Shown here piece after piece: positions 51,159 to 64,000 of a stretch of 64,000 nt of DNA; positions within the stretch are counted from its first letter, which is position 1, and each line of letters opens with the position of its first letter. Position numbers and translations under genes: made by a program. The notes under the pieces were generated by a model. It made no database searches. It was not told the DNA's origin and saw nothing but the letters and a program-made list of their open reading frames with translations. This stretch comes from Octopus sinensis. Its lineage: Eukaryota. The DNA lies in the NCBI RefSeq assembly GCF_006345805.1, contig NC_043021.1, positions 10,912,001 to 10,976,000 of the forward strand, in the 5' to 3' direction.

Positions 51159-51293
51159 CGTATTTGTATGTATGTATGTATTTGTGTGTTTGTGTTTGTC
51201 CCCCCACCACCATCTATCTATCTATCTATCTATCTATCTACGTATTTGCATGTATGTATGTATTTGTGTGTTTGTGTTTGTCCCCCCACCACC

Positions 51294-51326
<33 letters not shown>

Positions 51327-51379
51327 CGTATTTGTATGTATGTATGTATTTGTGTGTTTGTGTTTGTCCCCCCACCACC

Positions 51380-51412
<33 letters not shown>

Positions 51413-51500
51413 CGTATTTGTATGTATGTATGTATTTGTGTGTTTGTGTTTGTCCCCCCACCACCATCTATCTATCTATCTATCTATCTAGCTGTCTATC
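51100..51500. repeat. Compound minisatellite, 4 x about 85 bp: (TATC)n plus a SINE-A linker segment
   Basis: tacgtatttgtatgtatg...tgtttgtcccccaccacca repeated four times. Confidence 0.85.
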
Positions 51501-52115
51501 TATCTATCGATATATATATTCTATTATTCTTTATTCTTTTATTCTTTTACTTGTTTCAGTCATTTGACTGCAGCCATACTGGAGCACCGCCTTTAGTCGA
51601 ACAAATCGAACCAGGGACATATTTTTTATAAGCCTAGTACTTGTACTATTATTCTCTTATACAGAACTGCTAAGTTATGGGGATGTAAACACACCAACAT
51701 TGGTTGTCAAGCGATGGTCAGAGTGGGGGGACAAACACAAAGACACAAATACGTACATACATACATACATGCATACATTCATATATATATACAACAATGC
51801 TTCTTTCAGTTTCTATCTACCAAATCCACTCAGAAGGCTTTGGTCAGCTTGAGGCTATAGTAGAAGACACTTGCCCAAGGTGCCGCGCAGTGGGACTGAA
51901 CCCAGCACCATGTGGTTGGAAAGCAAGCTTCTTACAACACAGTCACTCCTGCACCCATACCACACAGCCAATCCCTTCAGAATGATGTAGACACCTCTGA
52001 TCAGAACCCAATAACGTTCAGAAATTGATTAAGGTTGTTCATCATTTTTTTCAATCTGCAGAGAAATGGCTAAAATTTGCCCTGTTTATACCATATGTTA
52101 CATATATACATACAT

Positions 52116-52172
<57 letters not shown>

Positions 52173-53272
52173 TTATATAATATACATCATACATATATAT
52201 TATATATACATATATATATATATATATACATATGTTTATATATATATATAGATATATGTATATATATATAGAATATACATATATATATGTGTGTGTATGT
52301 ATGTATGTAATGTCTGTATGTATGTGTTATATATATATATGTGTGTGTGTGTGTATGTATATATATATAATATATATATATGTGTGTGTGTGTATGTGTG
52401 TGTGTGTGCGTGCGTCTATATATATATATTTAATATGACTTGAGGCTTTGTTGGTACATAGGATTTCCTCATTTCTGTTGCGTTGGATGCTTCCTCTGCG
52501 CCCCCATAAAATTTTATGTCACATGAGTTGAGTCAAACTATTAAAAATATTTCTAACCTCAACCAAATGTGTTATGCTCCACTTGTCTGCTCACTAGTAT
52601 GTGTGTATATATGTATTATATATATATATATATATGATGATGATGATGATGATATTATAATATATAATATATAATATTGTATATATTATATATATATATA
52701 TATGATGCAGGCACGGCTGTATGGTAGGAAGCCTGCTTCCCAACCACATGGTTCTTGGCTCAGTCCCACTGCATGGAACCTTGTGCAAGTGTCTTCTACT
52801 ATATCCTTGGGTCCACCAAAACCTGGTGAGTGGATTTGGTAGACGGAAACTGGAAGAAGCCCATCATATATATATTATAAGGCATAGGAGTGGCTGTGTG
52901 GTAAGTAGCTTGCTTACCAACCACATGGTTCCCGGTTCAGTACCACTGCGTTGCACCTTGGACAAGTGTCTTCTACTATAGCCTTGGGCTGACCAAAGCC
53001 TGGTGAGTGGATGTGATAGACGGAAACTGAAAGAAGCCTGTTGTATATATGTATGTTTGTGCATCCGTATTTGTCCCCCAACATTGCTTGACAACCGATG
53101 CTGGTGTGTTTGCGTCCCTGTAATGTTAGCGGTTCGGCAAAAGAGACCGATAGAATAAGTACTATACTTATAAAGAATAAATCCTGGGGTTGATTTGCTT
53201 GACTAAAGGCGGTGCTCCAGCATGGCCACACTCAAATGACTGAAACAAGTAAAAGTGTATATATATATATAT

Positions 53273-53312
<40 letters not shown>

Positions 53313-53521
53313 GTGGTACACACATATATATATAATCAAAATTTAATAAAATGATGTAGTGCGAAACGATCGTACCAAATTACCGGAGTTATTCTTGTTG
53401 CTATTTTAATTTAATCACCCCACGGATTTATATGGATAACACCATACAGAATTCTGGTGCATCTAAATTAAGTACCATATTCATTTTAATCTAAATTTTG
53501 CTGAACTTATATATATATAAT

Positions 53522-53558
<37 letters not shown>

Positions 53559-53714
53559 CTATATATATATATATATATAGACTGTTGTGTCTGGGGAGAG
53601 TCATTCTCTTTTAGTGCCTTATTATTATTGCCTAATCTTTAAAAACAAAACCAAAAAAGAAATATATATATATATAAATGTATATGTATATATATCAAAG
53701 TGTATTGTATTATA

Positions 53715-53904
53715 CAGGGGTGGCCCCCAAAAGTAGGGTTACAGTTATCCAACTATCTCTTTAGATCTTAATTATAAAAAAAAGAAAATGAAACCATTAT
53801 TCTATGCTAACTTAGTTAATTTCCTCACTCTCCCGTTGCAGTTTTTAAGATAGAAATTTAAAATGCCTACGTGATAACTGTAAACCTACTTTTGGGTCAC
53901 CCTG
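53715..53904. mobile_element. Tc1/mariner-type MITE (190 bp)
   Basis: TA|CAGGGGTGGCCCCCAAAAGTAGGGTTACAGTTATC ... GATAACTGTAAACCTACTTTTGGGTCACCCTG|TA. Confidence 0.85.
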
Positions 53905-54237
53905 TATATCCGTTGCAGTCAATCTTACCATTCTGTTTGCAGAGGGTATCAAACCAGAGTTTAGTTACCATACGAGTGCATATATTGTGCCTTAGATATT
54001 CTTAAATGTGTATAAATATATTTCATATATATATAGATATTCTTGTATTGTTTTGTTGTTTTACTTGATTCAGTCATCTGACAGCGGCCATACTGGAGCA
54101 GCATCTCAAAGGGTATTTAGTCCCTAGGACTTTTTGTTTTGTAAGCCTGGTACTTTCTCTTTTGGTCTGTTTTTGCCGCTAATTTACAGGAATGTAAACA
54201 CTCCAACACAAACACACACGCACACATATATACGTAA

Positions 54238-54270
<33 letters not shown>

Positions 54271-54762
54271 TATATGTATGATAGTGGTGTAGGCTGATTT
54301 ATGGGGTTACCCTGGGTTTCTCACTCATAAAGGGTTTAGCGTTACGGCGTATCTTCAGACCCCAAACACTGCTGGCCTGAGATCTCTTTAAAGAGGTGTG
54401 TCCATATATACACATATACATACATATATACACACACATTTGTACACATATATTAACATTCACCTACACACACACACAATATATATATGTATATATATGT
54501 AGGTATGTGTATTGATGTGTGTGTGTATGTGTGCCTGTATGTGTGTGTGTGCGTGTGTTTGGAGGATGGAGATTAAACCGATCCCTATTTTCCTACTGAG
54601 ATTAGAATGACCCTTTCAACAAATAATACGTCATAGACTCAGCCCACACCCTTCTCTAACAGCTTGGTACTATTTCCTATGTTTGGTGTTACATACATAT
54701 ACAATCTATACAAATACATATATATATATATGTGTGTGTGTATATATATATATACACACCAT

Positions 54763-54805
<43 letters not shown>

Positions 54806-55689
54806 GAGAGGCTATATGCTCTTTGCCATTAGAGTCTCATATAACGTCTATTAAGCCAAGCGCTTTATGGATGGAAAACTTGGTCAGTCTCTGACTGGAC
54901 GTACATTTAACTGCATATATATTTACTAATTGTGACTGACGGTGCAGGATAGTGATAATTGAATTTTTCCTGTTTGGCTTTGTATTGCATTTATCCGCCC
55001 TTGTTGTTTTATATGTGTGTGTGTGTGTATCTCTTTCTCCCTCTCTCTTTATATATATTGACCACTTCCCAGCACCTACACCACACCAGATCACACTACC
55101 CCACACACACTAGCACTGACCACTTCCCGGTACCCACACCATCATCCACACACCTACACATGCTCACACCCACATGTCAAGGTCACCAGCCCCAATCCAC
55201 ACACACACATATTCTTTCATACACACGCACGTGCACCTTCGTTTTGGGATCGCCACTACTTTATTGTCTCCCCTTCTTCCCAGCTCTCCTGTCTGACCAT
55301 CTCCATCAAGCCATCGCCATGATCGACCGCTAGCCATTAAAACTTTTTTCATTCTCTCTCTGCTTATTTTCTCGTGTTCCTTTCTGTTGAAGAGCGTAAG
55401 CTTGAAACATAAAAGACTTTCTCACCTTCTGAGCTTTAAACTAATACACCTGTTTGTTGTTTATACACCTGTCTTTGTCTTTTATTTTTTGTAAATTCCA
55501 ACTATATATATATATATGCATACACATATATATAGCCCCAACACACACACGCACATAACAAATGTCTATTGGTTCTTGGCATAATAAAACTGCTAAGATA
55601 TATATTAACATTTCTGTTAGAATTGTCATAGGTAGTTGTTAATAATTTCTTTACATAAATCTTCTATTTTTTAATCATTTGTGAAAAGA

Positions 55690-56815
55690 AAATTCCAAAA
55701 GAAACCAGAATTTCACAGTATACTATTTTATTCACTTACGTAGTTTCGCATATTTATACTTTTATCGCCTTCAAAGTATTCTCCATTTGAAGCAATGCAA
55801 CGGTCCAGATGGGTTTTCTGCTGTTCAAAGCAGTCCTGGGAATCTTGCTAAGGGATGCCTGTTAACATCTCTATATTTTTTTTTCTCTTCACTTCTTCAA
55901 CATCTGCAAAACAGTTTTTTTTAAGGAGCTTTTTCATTCGGAGGAACAAAAAAAGTCTGAGAGAGCAAGATTGGGTGAATAGGGAAGGTGGGTAAGTGGT
56001 GTCATGCCATTTTCGGTCAAAAACTGTCTCAAACTCAAGGCAGTGTGCACATGCTCGTTGTCATGGTGAAACCACCACTTTCCACTTTACCACAGGTCGG
56101 GGCGCTTTTGTCTCACCGTGTATCAGAAACACTTCAGAACTGCCAAATAAAATGTCTGGTTAACACTCAATGGAGCCAGATACACTCCAAAGCTGGTCCT
56201 TTTGGTAGTTTACTGTCTATTCGATGTCAAATTTCTTTTCACCTGTGAACACCATGTTGGGCAGTGTGTCTTCTGCAACCTGACGCAAGATAAGACACCT
56301 TCTCTCCAGTCTCATGGCCTTTTAAACTTGTGTGAGTTCATAACAGCTGATCATCTTGTTGGGATGGCTCCTGAGATCCTCCTTCAGCACTTAATACATC
56401 GATGTTCAGCTTATTTTTGCCGTGGTAGTCTGTTCTCTGACAAAATAACGAGGGTTTCACTGTATCTTTTCTCTGGTACTTTTGATAAGCTGAAGGGGTC
56501 TGCACACTTCTTTTTTGGCTACATCCAGGTCAATCAGCCATGGGACCAATTTCTTGAAATTTCTTGACAATTTTTCAGACTGTCATTCGGTTAATTTTAA
56601 TTTTTTTCCGCTATAGCTGTATTACTTTCATCTCCTTTGTGGAGGGTTATGATTGTATTTCAGTCTATAGCCATTATCTAATTTATTTAGTTTGAAACAA
56701 AAAGAAGACACACTAAGCTTTTATAATGTTGTATAATTCTTATATCTTATCACATTTATTGATAGTTATTAAATGCCGAAACTTCGGGTGCCTTTAATTT
56801 TGGGACACCCAGTAC
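55690..56815 (-). mobile_element. Fused Tc1/mariner relics: mariner C-terminal piece (about 55690-56195) and a maT/Tc1-like 5' piece with TIR (about 56195-56815)
   Basis: Minus frames give RQKRPDLW*SGKWWFHHDN...HLPYSPNLALSDFF and LPNMVFTGEKKFDIE. TIR-like ctgggtgtcccaaaattaaagg near 56790-56813. Confidence 0.7.
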
Positions 56816-56990
56816 ACACACACACATATATATATACATATATATATATATATGTTAGGAAGGGCATCCAGCTGTAGAAACACTGCCAGATCAGACTGGG
56901 CCTGGTGCAGCCTTCTGGCTTCCCAGACCCCAGTTGAACCGTCCAACCCATGCCAGCATGGAAAGCGGATGTTAAACGATGATATATGTA

Positions 56991-57025
<35 letters not shown>

Positions 57026-57029
57026 TTAT

Positions 57030-57150
<121 letters not shown>

Positions 57151-57639
57151 CATGAAACTGGAAAGAATGGAAATGACAATGGTTCAGTGGATGAGCGGAA
57201 CTTCGCAGAGAAAGGAGGTGGAGAACCAAGAGTAAATTGCTGAGTATTGTGGGAATAGAACCAGTGATGGATGCTGTGATGAGAAACAGAGTGAGATGGC
57301 TGGGTTAAGTGTCAAGGAAGTACGAAACTGACCGGGTGAGAATGGTGAGAGAAATGATGGAAGAAGGAAACGGAGGAAGAAGATTGGGGAAGACATAACT
57401 AAGGACGAGAGGAGAGGAAACGAGGGCAAGCGGTGGGGATTGATGTGGAGGGGATGTAGTGAAGAGGACAAAATGTAGAAGGCTGTTACGAAACCTACAT
57501 GTTTGAACCCCTACTTTAGTAGAGGACATGGCCATGAAGTGTTTGTCTTGGAGGAGCGCGCATGTGTGTACGTATGTATGTGTGTGTGCATGAGTGTATA
57601 GATGCATATATGTGTGTGGACATCTACCAATCTATCTAT

Positions 57640-57824
57640 CTAATCTATATATATATATTTGTATATATATATATACAATATATATATATATATATAAATA
57701 ATACATATATATATACTACATATATATATATACATATATATATACATATATATATATATAACATATATATATATATACATATATATATTATATATATATA
57801 TATATATACATATAATATATATAC

Positions 57825-57885
<61 letters not shown>

Positions 57886-58438
57886 TATATACATATATAT
57901 ATATACATATATATAAATCAATATAAGGGTAGCAAAAAAATTCAAGAAAAATTCAAGAAAAATTTTCTGCAACCAGAGGTCAAGTGAGACAATAGAATTA
58001 GTCACAGACTATATAATATATTCAACAATAGTATTAAGGAATGAGCCTGACATGTCGTTCAACTCACTTGAAAAGAGCAGCTAAACTCAAACCGCAAAAT
58101 AGTAGTAATTCTGAAAACTAGCTGCTCTTTTCAAGTGAGTTGAACGCCCTGTCAGGGTCATTCCTTAATACTATTGTTATACATATATATATAACATATA
58201 TATATATAATACATATATATAACATATATATATATATATACATTATATATATACATATATATACATAATATATATATATATATACATATATATATACATA
58301 TATATATATACATATATATACATATATATATATATACATATATATATACATATATATATATACATATATATATATACATATATATACATATATATATATA
58401 CATATATATATATATACATTATATATATATATATACAT

Positions 58439-58493
<55 letters not shown>

Positions 58494-58510
58494 CAATATA
58501 TATATATAAC

Positions 58511-58564
<54 letters not shown>

Positions 58565-58592
58565 ACATATATATATACACATATATATATAC

Positions 58593-58632
<40 letters not shown>

Positions 58633-58642
58633 ATATATATAC

Positions 58643-58681
<39 letters not shown>

Positions 58682-58685
58682 ATAC

Positions 58686-58725
<40 letters not shown>

Positions 58726-58733
58726 ATACATAC

Positions 58734-58770
<37 letters not shown>

Positions 58771-58800
58771 TTATATATATATATATATATAAATATAATA
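57640..58800. repeat. (TA)n-rich blocks; others at 19890-20290, 23080-23240, 44480-45320, 49980-50560, 52100-52430, 63440-63915
   Basis: Direct inspection; source of the Tyr/Ile junk ORFs. Confidence 0.95.
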
Positions 58801-59539
58801 TTAGGGAGTATAACTCCAAACTTACAGGGAAAAATTCAATTTAGTATTAAATCAGATTTCACAGTATAAATATATAAAATATAAAAAATATAAAATGTTT
58901 TATATATATATATATTATATATATATCCTTAATGAAATATATTCTATGAGAAAAATGATATACTGAATTTAAAATGTACCAGACACATATTACACAAAAT
59001 TGTCTTGGATTAATGCGGACAATTTACCAAGGATGCATATACAGATTTCGAAATTTTCATACTAAAGTGTACCTAACCAAATCAAAGCCAGTAACTTTTA
59101 ATTTATGTTTCCAACAAACACCCTTTTCATATATTCTTTCATATTTCAAAAAATAGCATTTGATCAATTATACAAACTTCACCTCCTCTATCTCTGATGA
59201 GGGGAAGTATAGCCTATCAATGTTTATCAATCTTGGATTCCATTATAAAGACAATATTTGTGTGAAATGATCGTAAGATGAATTAAATACTTATCTTTTA
59301 AACTGACATATTTTACATATTTATATATACTATGTATCTCTTTTACTTGTTTCAGTCATTTGACTGTGGCCATGCAGGAGCAAATTTAGTTGAGCAAATT
59401 GACCCCAGGACTTATTCTTTGTAAGCCTAGTACTTATTCTATTGGTCTCTTTTGCCGGACCGCTAAGTTACAGGGACGTAAACACACCAGCATTGGTTGT
59501 CAAGCGATGTTGGGGGAACAAACACACAGACACACAAAT

Positions 59540-59570
<31 letters not shown>

Positions 59571-60023
59571 CGATGGGCTTCTTTTAGTTTCCGTCGACCA
59601 AATCCACTCACAAGGCTTTGGTTGGCCCGAGGCTATAGTAGAAGACACTTGCCCAAGGTGCCACACAGTGGGACTGAACCCAGAACCATGTGGTTGGTAA
59701 GCAAGCTACTTACCACACAGCCACTCATGCGCCTATGTATATATATATATATATATATATCTTTAATACAATATTATTTTACATATATATCTTTGTGAAA
59801 TTTTTTTTGATATTGGTTTTCCTGCTATTGTTTCATAATATGTTATATATATATATAAAGTAGTTGTATACTGTCAACTTAATGTGACAGTCCCATGAAG
59901 GGAATCATGCTACTGCTATTTAGCCCTAGGAAGCAGCAATGCTTCCTGTCGGCCGTGACACATTTCCTGTGTCCTTATGTTTGCAAGGGGGAGACAAGCA
60001 CCTCCACCCAGCTAATCCTGCAG

Positions 60024-60064
60024 CCAGAGACTAGTTTCTGAGTCTTTGCTCGTCATCAGTCTGG
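60024..60064 (-). ncRNA. Minimal type-I hammerhead ribozyme motif
   Basis: CCAGA-CTGATGA-CGAG-caaaga-CTCA-GAAA-CTAG-TC-TCTGG: 5-bp stem I, intact core, palindromic ACTAGT, GUC triplet; C.A mismatch at the base of stem II. Confidence 0.65.
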
Positions 60065-60429
60065 AGTAGCATGGCCTTTTCTCTTTATTACGATTATTAC
60101 AATCAAACATAGAAAGAACCGTACAAGACTCTACAAACATTTAAAAAGAGTTATTTAGCAAATTTTTAATGAAAATATATTAAAATTTTGACATCCATGC
60201 TAGCATGGAAAGCGGACGTTAAACGATGATGATGATGATGATATAATTAAAAAAAAATTTTGATATTACTTATTTTACCATGGATGAGTTAAGTAGGGAC
60301 ACTCACTCCCAACTTCCTTACCACATCTTTCCAGCTTTCCTCATATCCTCTTTTCGACAGGTGCTTTCTCTCCAACCCTATCTTGCTTTTCAGGTGGTAC
60401 CTGAAGTAATATAGCATTCCAGGGCTGGA

Positions 60430-61010
60430 GATGAAGGCCCCTGATTTCAAACCTCGCATTCTAGTTCTCCATGCACACTCTTCTCATAATTGCAACTGTA
60501 CATAGAAAGCAAGCCTCACCTTCCTTAGATAGTCCGGTGGGCGGTACATTCTTAATCACAGACTCAGCTGATAGCTGTACTCTTCCCAGGTGTGACAACA
60601 CATGTTCTACGTAAATTATCATCTCCGAAAGCTGGGTGCACTGTACAAGAGTGTGCAGGATAGTTTCCTTATCCTGCTCGCATCTTGGACATTTGGGTGG
60701 CACTGAAATTTCTTGCCTGGACAATTTCTCATAAACAGGTAACGCATTCCTGGAACACTACCAGGTCCGGGATCTTTGGTAATTATCCAAATACCCCATT
60801 AAGGAAAGTGTTCCGAAACAAGTTGGATAGCTGGTCCCCATTGAGTCCCAGAGTCTCTACCAACCCTTTGTAGAATTCAGGATGAAGAAAATTCATTGCG
60901 GAGAGACTTTTTCAACACCCTTTATTACCGACTTTAAAAAAACTCGTTGGATCATAAGGTCCTAGCTTCCTTGCAATTAGGAAAAAAAGATGGGATGGTC
61001 ACGACTGGAA
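60430..61010 (-). mobile_element. Tx1/L1-type LINE RT C-terminal zinc-knuckle fragment
   Basis: CPRCEQDKETILHTLVQC (ORF 60461..60724), preceded by NALPVYEKL in a shifted frame. Confidence 0.75.
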
Positions 61011-61369
61011 TGCTTCAAATCCACAGGCTGGTCTGATCAGAGCTGAATTAATTAACAACAACTATGGCCAAACTCAAGCTCCACCCTCTACACCTACCTT
61101 CACCTCTTTCACCACCATCATAGCTACCACAATTACAACCACCACCACTACAACCATCATCACCACAACCACCTGCTACTACCACTATCCATACCACCGC
61201 TATCACCACCACCACAGCCATTAATTCAACCACTACCAAGTCCACCACCACCACACTGTCACAATTCTCACCTCACCACCACCACTACCACACTACTACT
61301 ACTACTGCTACTACCACCACTACCACCACCACCACCACTGCTACTACTACCTCTACCACCACCACCACC

Positions 61370-61400
<31 letters not shown>

Positions 61401-62933
61401 CTCTACCACCACCACAACCACCTCTTCTGCTACTACTACTACTGCCGCCACCACCACCACATAATGTAAGTAGCCATCATACAAACCCTAGGAAGGAACA
61501 GTTTCCAGAACTTTCTCTTCTACACCTCTCTCTCTATGTCATCACTCTGTTTTACTCTCTTTCACACACACACACACACCCGCACCTGCACTTTCTCCCT
61601 TTCTCTGCTCTTAAAATCTTAAATAAAAGGAAAATATTTACATTTGACAATCTTTCACCACTCCTGCTTGTTACAGAAGTACATTCTTTGTTGGCCAAGC
61701 CTCTCTCTCTCTCTCTCTCCCTTTCTCTCATTGACATTGTCTCACTCTCTCCTCTGTTTTTTGTTTACACACACACACACACATCCATGAATACTCTTAC
61801 TCTTTTACTTGTTTCAGTCATTTGACTGCGGCCATGCTGGAGCACCGCCTTTAAATGAGCAACTCGATCCCCTTATTCTTTTTGTAAGCCCAGTACTTAT
61901 TCTATCGGTCTCTTTTGCCAAACCGCTAAGTGACAGGGACATAAACACACCAGCATCGGTTGTCAAGCAATGCTAGGGGGACAAACACAAACATACACGC
62001 ACACACACATATACACGACGGGCTTCTTTCAGTTTCCGTCTACCAAATCCACTCACAACGCTTTGGTCGGCCCGAGGCTATAGTAGAAGACACTTGCCCA
62101 AGGTGCCATGCAGTGGGACTGAACCCGGTACCATATGGTTGGTAAACAAGCTACTTACCATACAGCCACTCGTGCACATATATATATATATATTTTACTC
62201 TTTTACTTGTTTCAGTCATTTGACTGTGCCCATGCTAGAGCACCGCCTTTAGTCGAGCAAATTGACTCCAAGACTTATTCTTTGTAAGCCTAGTACTTAT
62301 TCTATCGGTGTATTTTGCCAAACTGCTAAGTTACGGGGACGTAAACACACCAGCATCGGTTGTCAAGCGATGTTGGGGGGACAAACACAGACACACAAAC
62401 ACATATATATATACGACAGACTTCTTTTCAGTTTTCGTCTACCAAATCCACTCACAAGGCTTTGGTTGGGTCGAGGCTATAGTAGAAGAAACTTGCTCAA
62501 GGTGCCACGCAGTGGGAATGAACCCGGAACCATGTGGTTGGTAAGCAAGCTACTTACCACATAGCCACTCCTATACACATACACACACACATACAAACAC
62601 ACACACGCACATATACATATACGATGGGCTTCTACGCAGTTTCCATCTACCAAATTGACTGATAAAGAATTGGTCCCATGGCTATTACAGAAAACACATG
62701 CTCCAGGTGCCGCGCCGCGCAGTGGGACTGAACCCAGAACCACACTATTAAAAAGTGAGCTTCTTAACCATTACAGCCATGCCTGCATGTGTAAAGTTAC
62801 TTAAAGTTTTTGTTACACATTGCGCTATAAAAACCATATTTACGAAATAAGATAGTATTAAAAAAATATCCTAAAATCAAACCTAAAATACACAAATAAA
62901 CATCAAAATTATTCAAAGCCTTATATATATATA

Positions 62934-63446
62934 CTAGCAGTATCGCCCGGCGTTGCTCGGGTTTGTAAGGAAAATAACTATATAAGCATTTTTAGAGAGT
63001 TACTTCCCTTATAGATGCCAATTTGGGCTTTCTTAGCCATTTCTGTTTTGGTGTCTTCAAGCCATGAAGTCGTTGTTCTAAAAGAACGCTGGTCTCCTTG
63101 ACAACGCATTATGACGTTGATTTCTTTACACTCCCTTCCCCACAGCTTCACGAGGGAAGGAAGAAGGGGGAGAAGCAAACAGGTGCAGGTGTGACCATGG
63201 ACGCCGACTCCGCCGCCATTGACACACGAAAGATTATGCATTAAAATGGAATAAAAAATTATGTTAAATTATTTTTTAAATCGTAGACTCATCGTTGACG
63301 CGCGCTAATAGCCAGACGGGCTTGATATGAATCACGACTATAAGATACCCGAATTTGGTTAAACTGCACCGCAAAATGTGGGAGGAGTTAGGAATCTAAA
63401 TCGAAGGGGACAGACACTCACACAACTAGAGTTTTATATATATAGA
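62934..63446 (-). mobile_element. Non-autonomous Helitron (513 bp)
   Basis: Minus strand A|TCTATATATATAAAA start, CCCG-agcaacgc-CGGG hairpin, CTAG|T end. Confidence 0.8.
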
Positions 63447-63460
63447 TGTGTGTGTGTGTG

Positions 63461-63492
<32 letters not shown>

Positions 63493-63509
63493 ATATATAT
63501 ATATATATA

Positions 63510-63557
<48 letters not shown>

Positions 63558-63702
63558 ATATATAATATATATGTATGTATATATATATTATATATATATG
63601 TATATATATATATATGTATGTATATATATGTATATATATATATATATTATATATATGTATGTGTGTGTATGTGTGTATGACCATTCCGAAATATAACATA
63701 TG

Positions 63703-63749
<47 letters not shown>

Positions 63750-63788
63750 ATGTATGTGTGTATGACCATTCCGAAATATAACAATATG

Positions 63789-63819
<31 letters not shown>

Positions 63820-63821
63820 AT

Positions 63822-63854
<33 letters not shown>

Positions 63855-63884
63855 GTTTAACGTCCGCTTTCCATGCTAGCATGG

Positions 63885-63914
<30 letters not shown>

Positions 63915-63919
<5 letters not shown>

Positions 63920-64000
63920 AGAAAATAGTAAAAAGTGAAAAAACTACAGAAGGCTTGTTTTAAAAGGTTAAAAAATATATTTTTGAGTCAATATGTCTGA
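63915..64000 (-). mobile_element. 3' end of a related Penelope-like element (runs off the window)
   Basis: agaaaatagtaaaaagtgaaaaaactacagaaggctt... resembles the arm terminus at 13116-13190. Confidence 0.65.

Noticed and set aside
57562-58819. Tyr/Ile-rich ORFs (also 19860-20377, 44337-45281, 52066-52438, 63378-63853)
   Set aside because: (TA)n/(TG)n microsatellite translations.
59190-59225. CTGATGA hammerhead-like seed (also 48370-48400 minus and 53355-53380)
   Set aside because: The remaining core or stems cannot be completed.

Overview
AT-rich, microsatellite- and SINE-saturated eukaryotic DNA. The repeat content is most consistent with an octopus (coleoid cephalopod) genome; this is an inference. 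The only host gene I can support is on the minus strand. It has nine coding exons from 50833 down to 828, continues off the left edge, and every coding intron is GT-AG phase 1. Manual splicing gives 1423 nt of open frame: signal peptide, 7-Cys EGF-like, an unrecognised two-exon domain (probably a degenerate F-type-lectin/F5-8C fold), EGF, an F-type-lectin-like domain, EGF, EGF (a MEGF10/SREC-like molluscan receptor). Everything else is intronic or upstream. It holds several tRNA-derived SINE families, LINE relics (RTE, CR1, R4-like, Tx1-like), mariner/maT relics, mariner-type and piggyBac-like MITEs, three Helitron pieces (one with a PIF1 helicase), and a young Penelope-like element arranged as a 750-bp inverted repeat. 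The most unusual signal is a recurring set of minimal type-I hammerhead ribozyme motifs from several repeat families. Several lie in inverted-repeat arms, some have core variants (U3-A8, extra A after A9, A6U), and one sits behind a tRNA-like Pol III head. All coordinates were read by eye; repeat boundaries are approximate unless termini are quoted.
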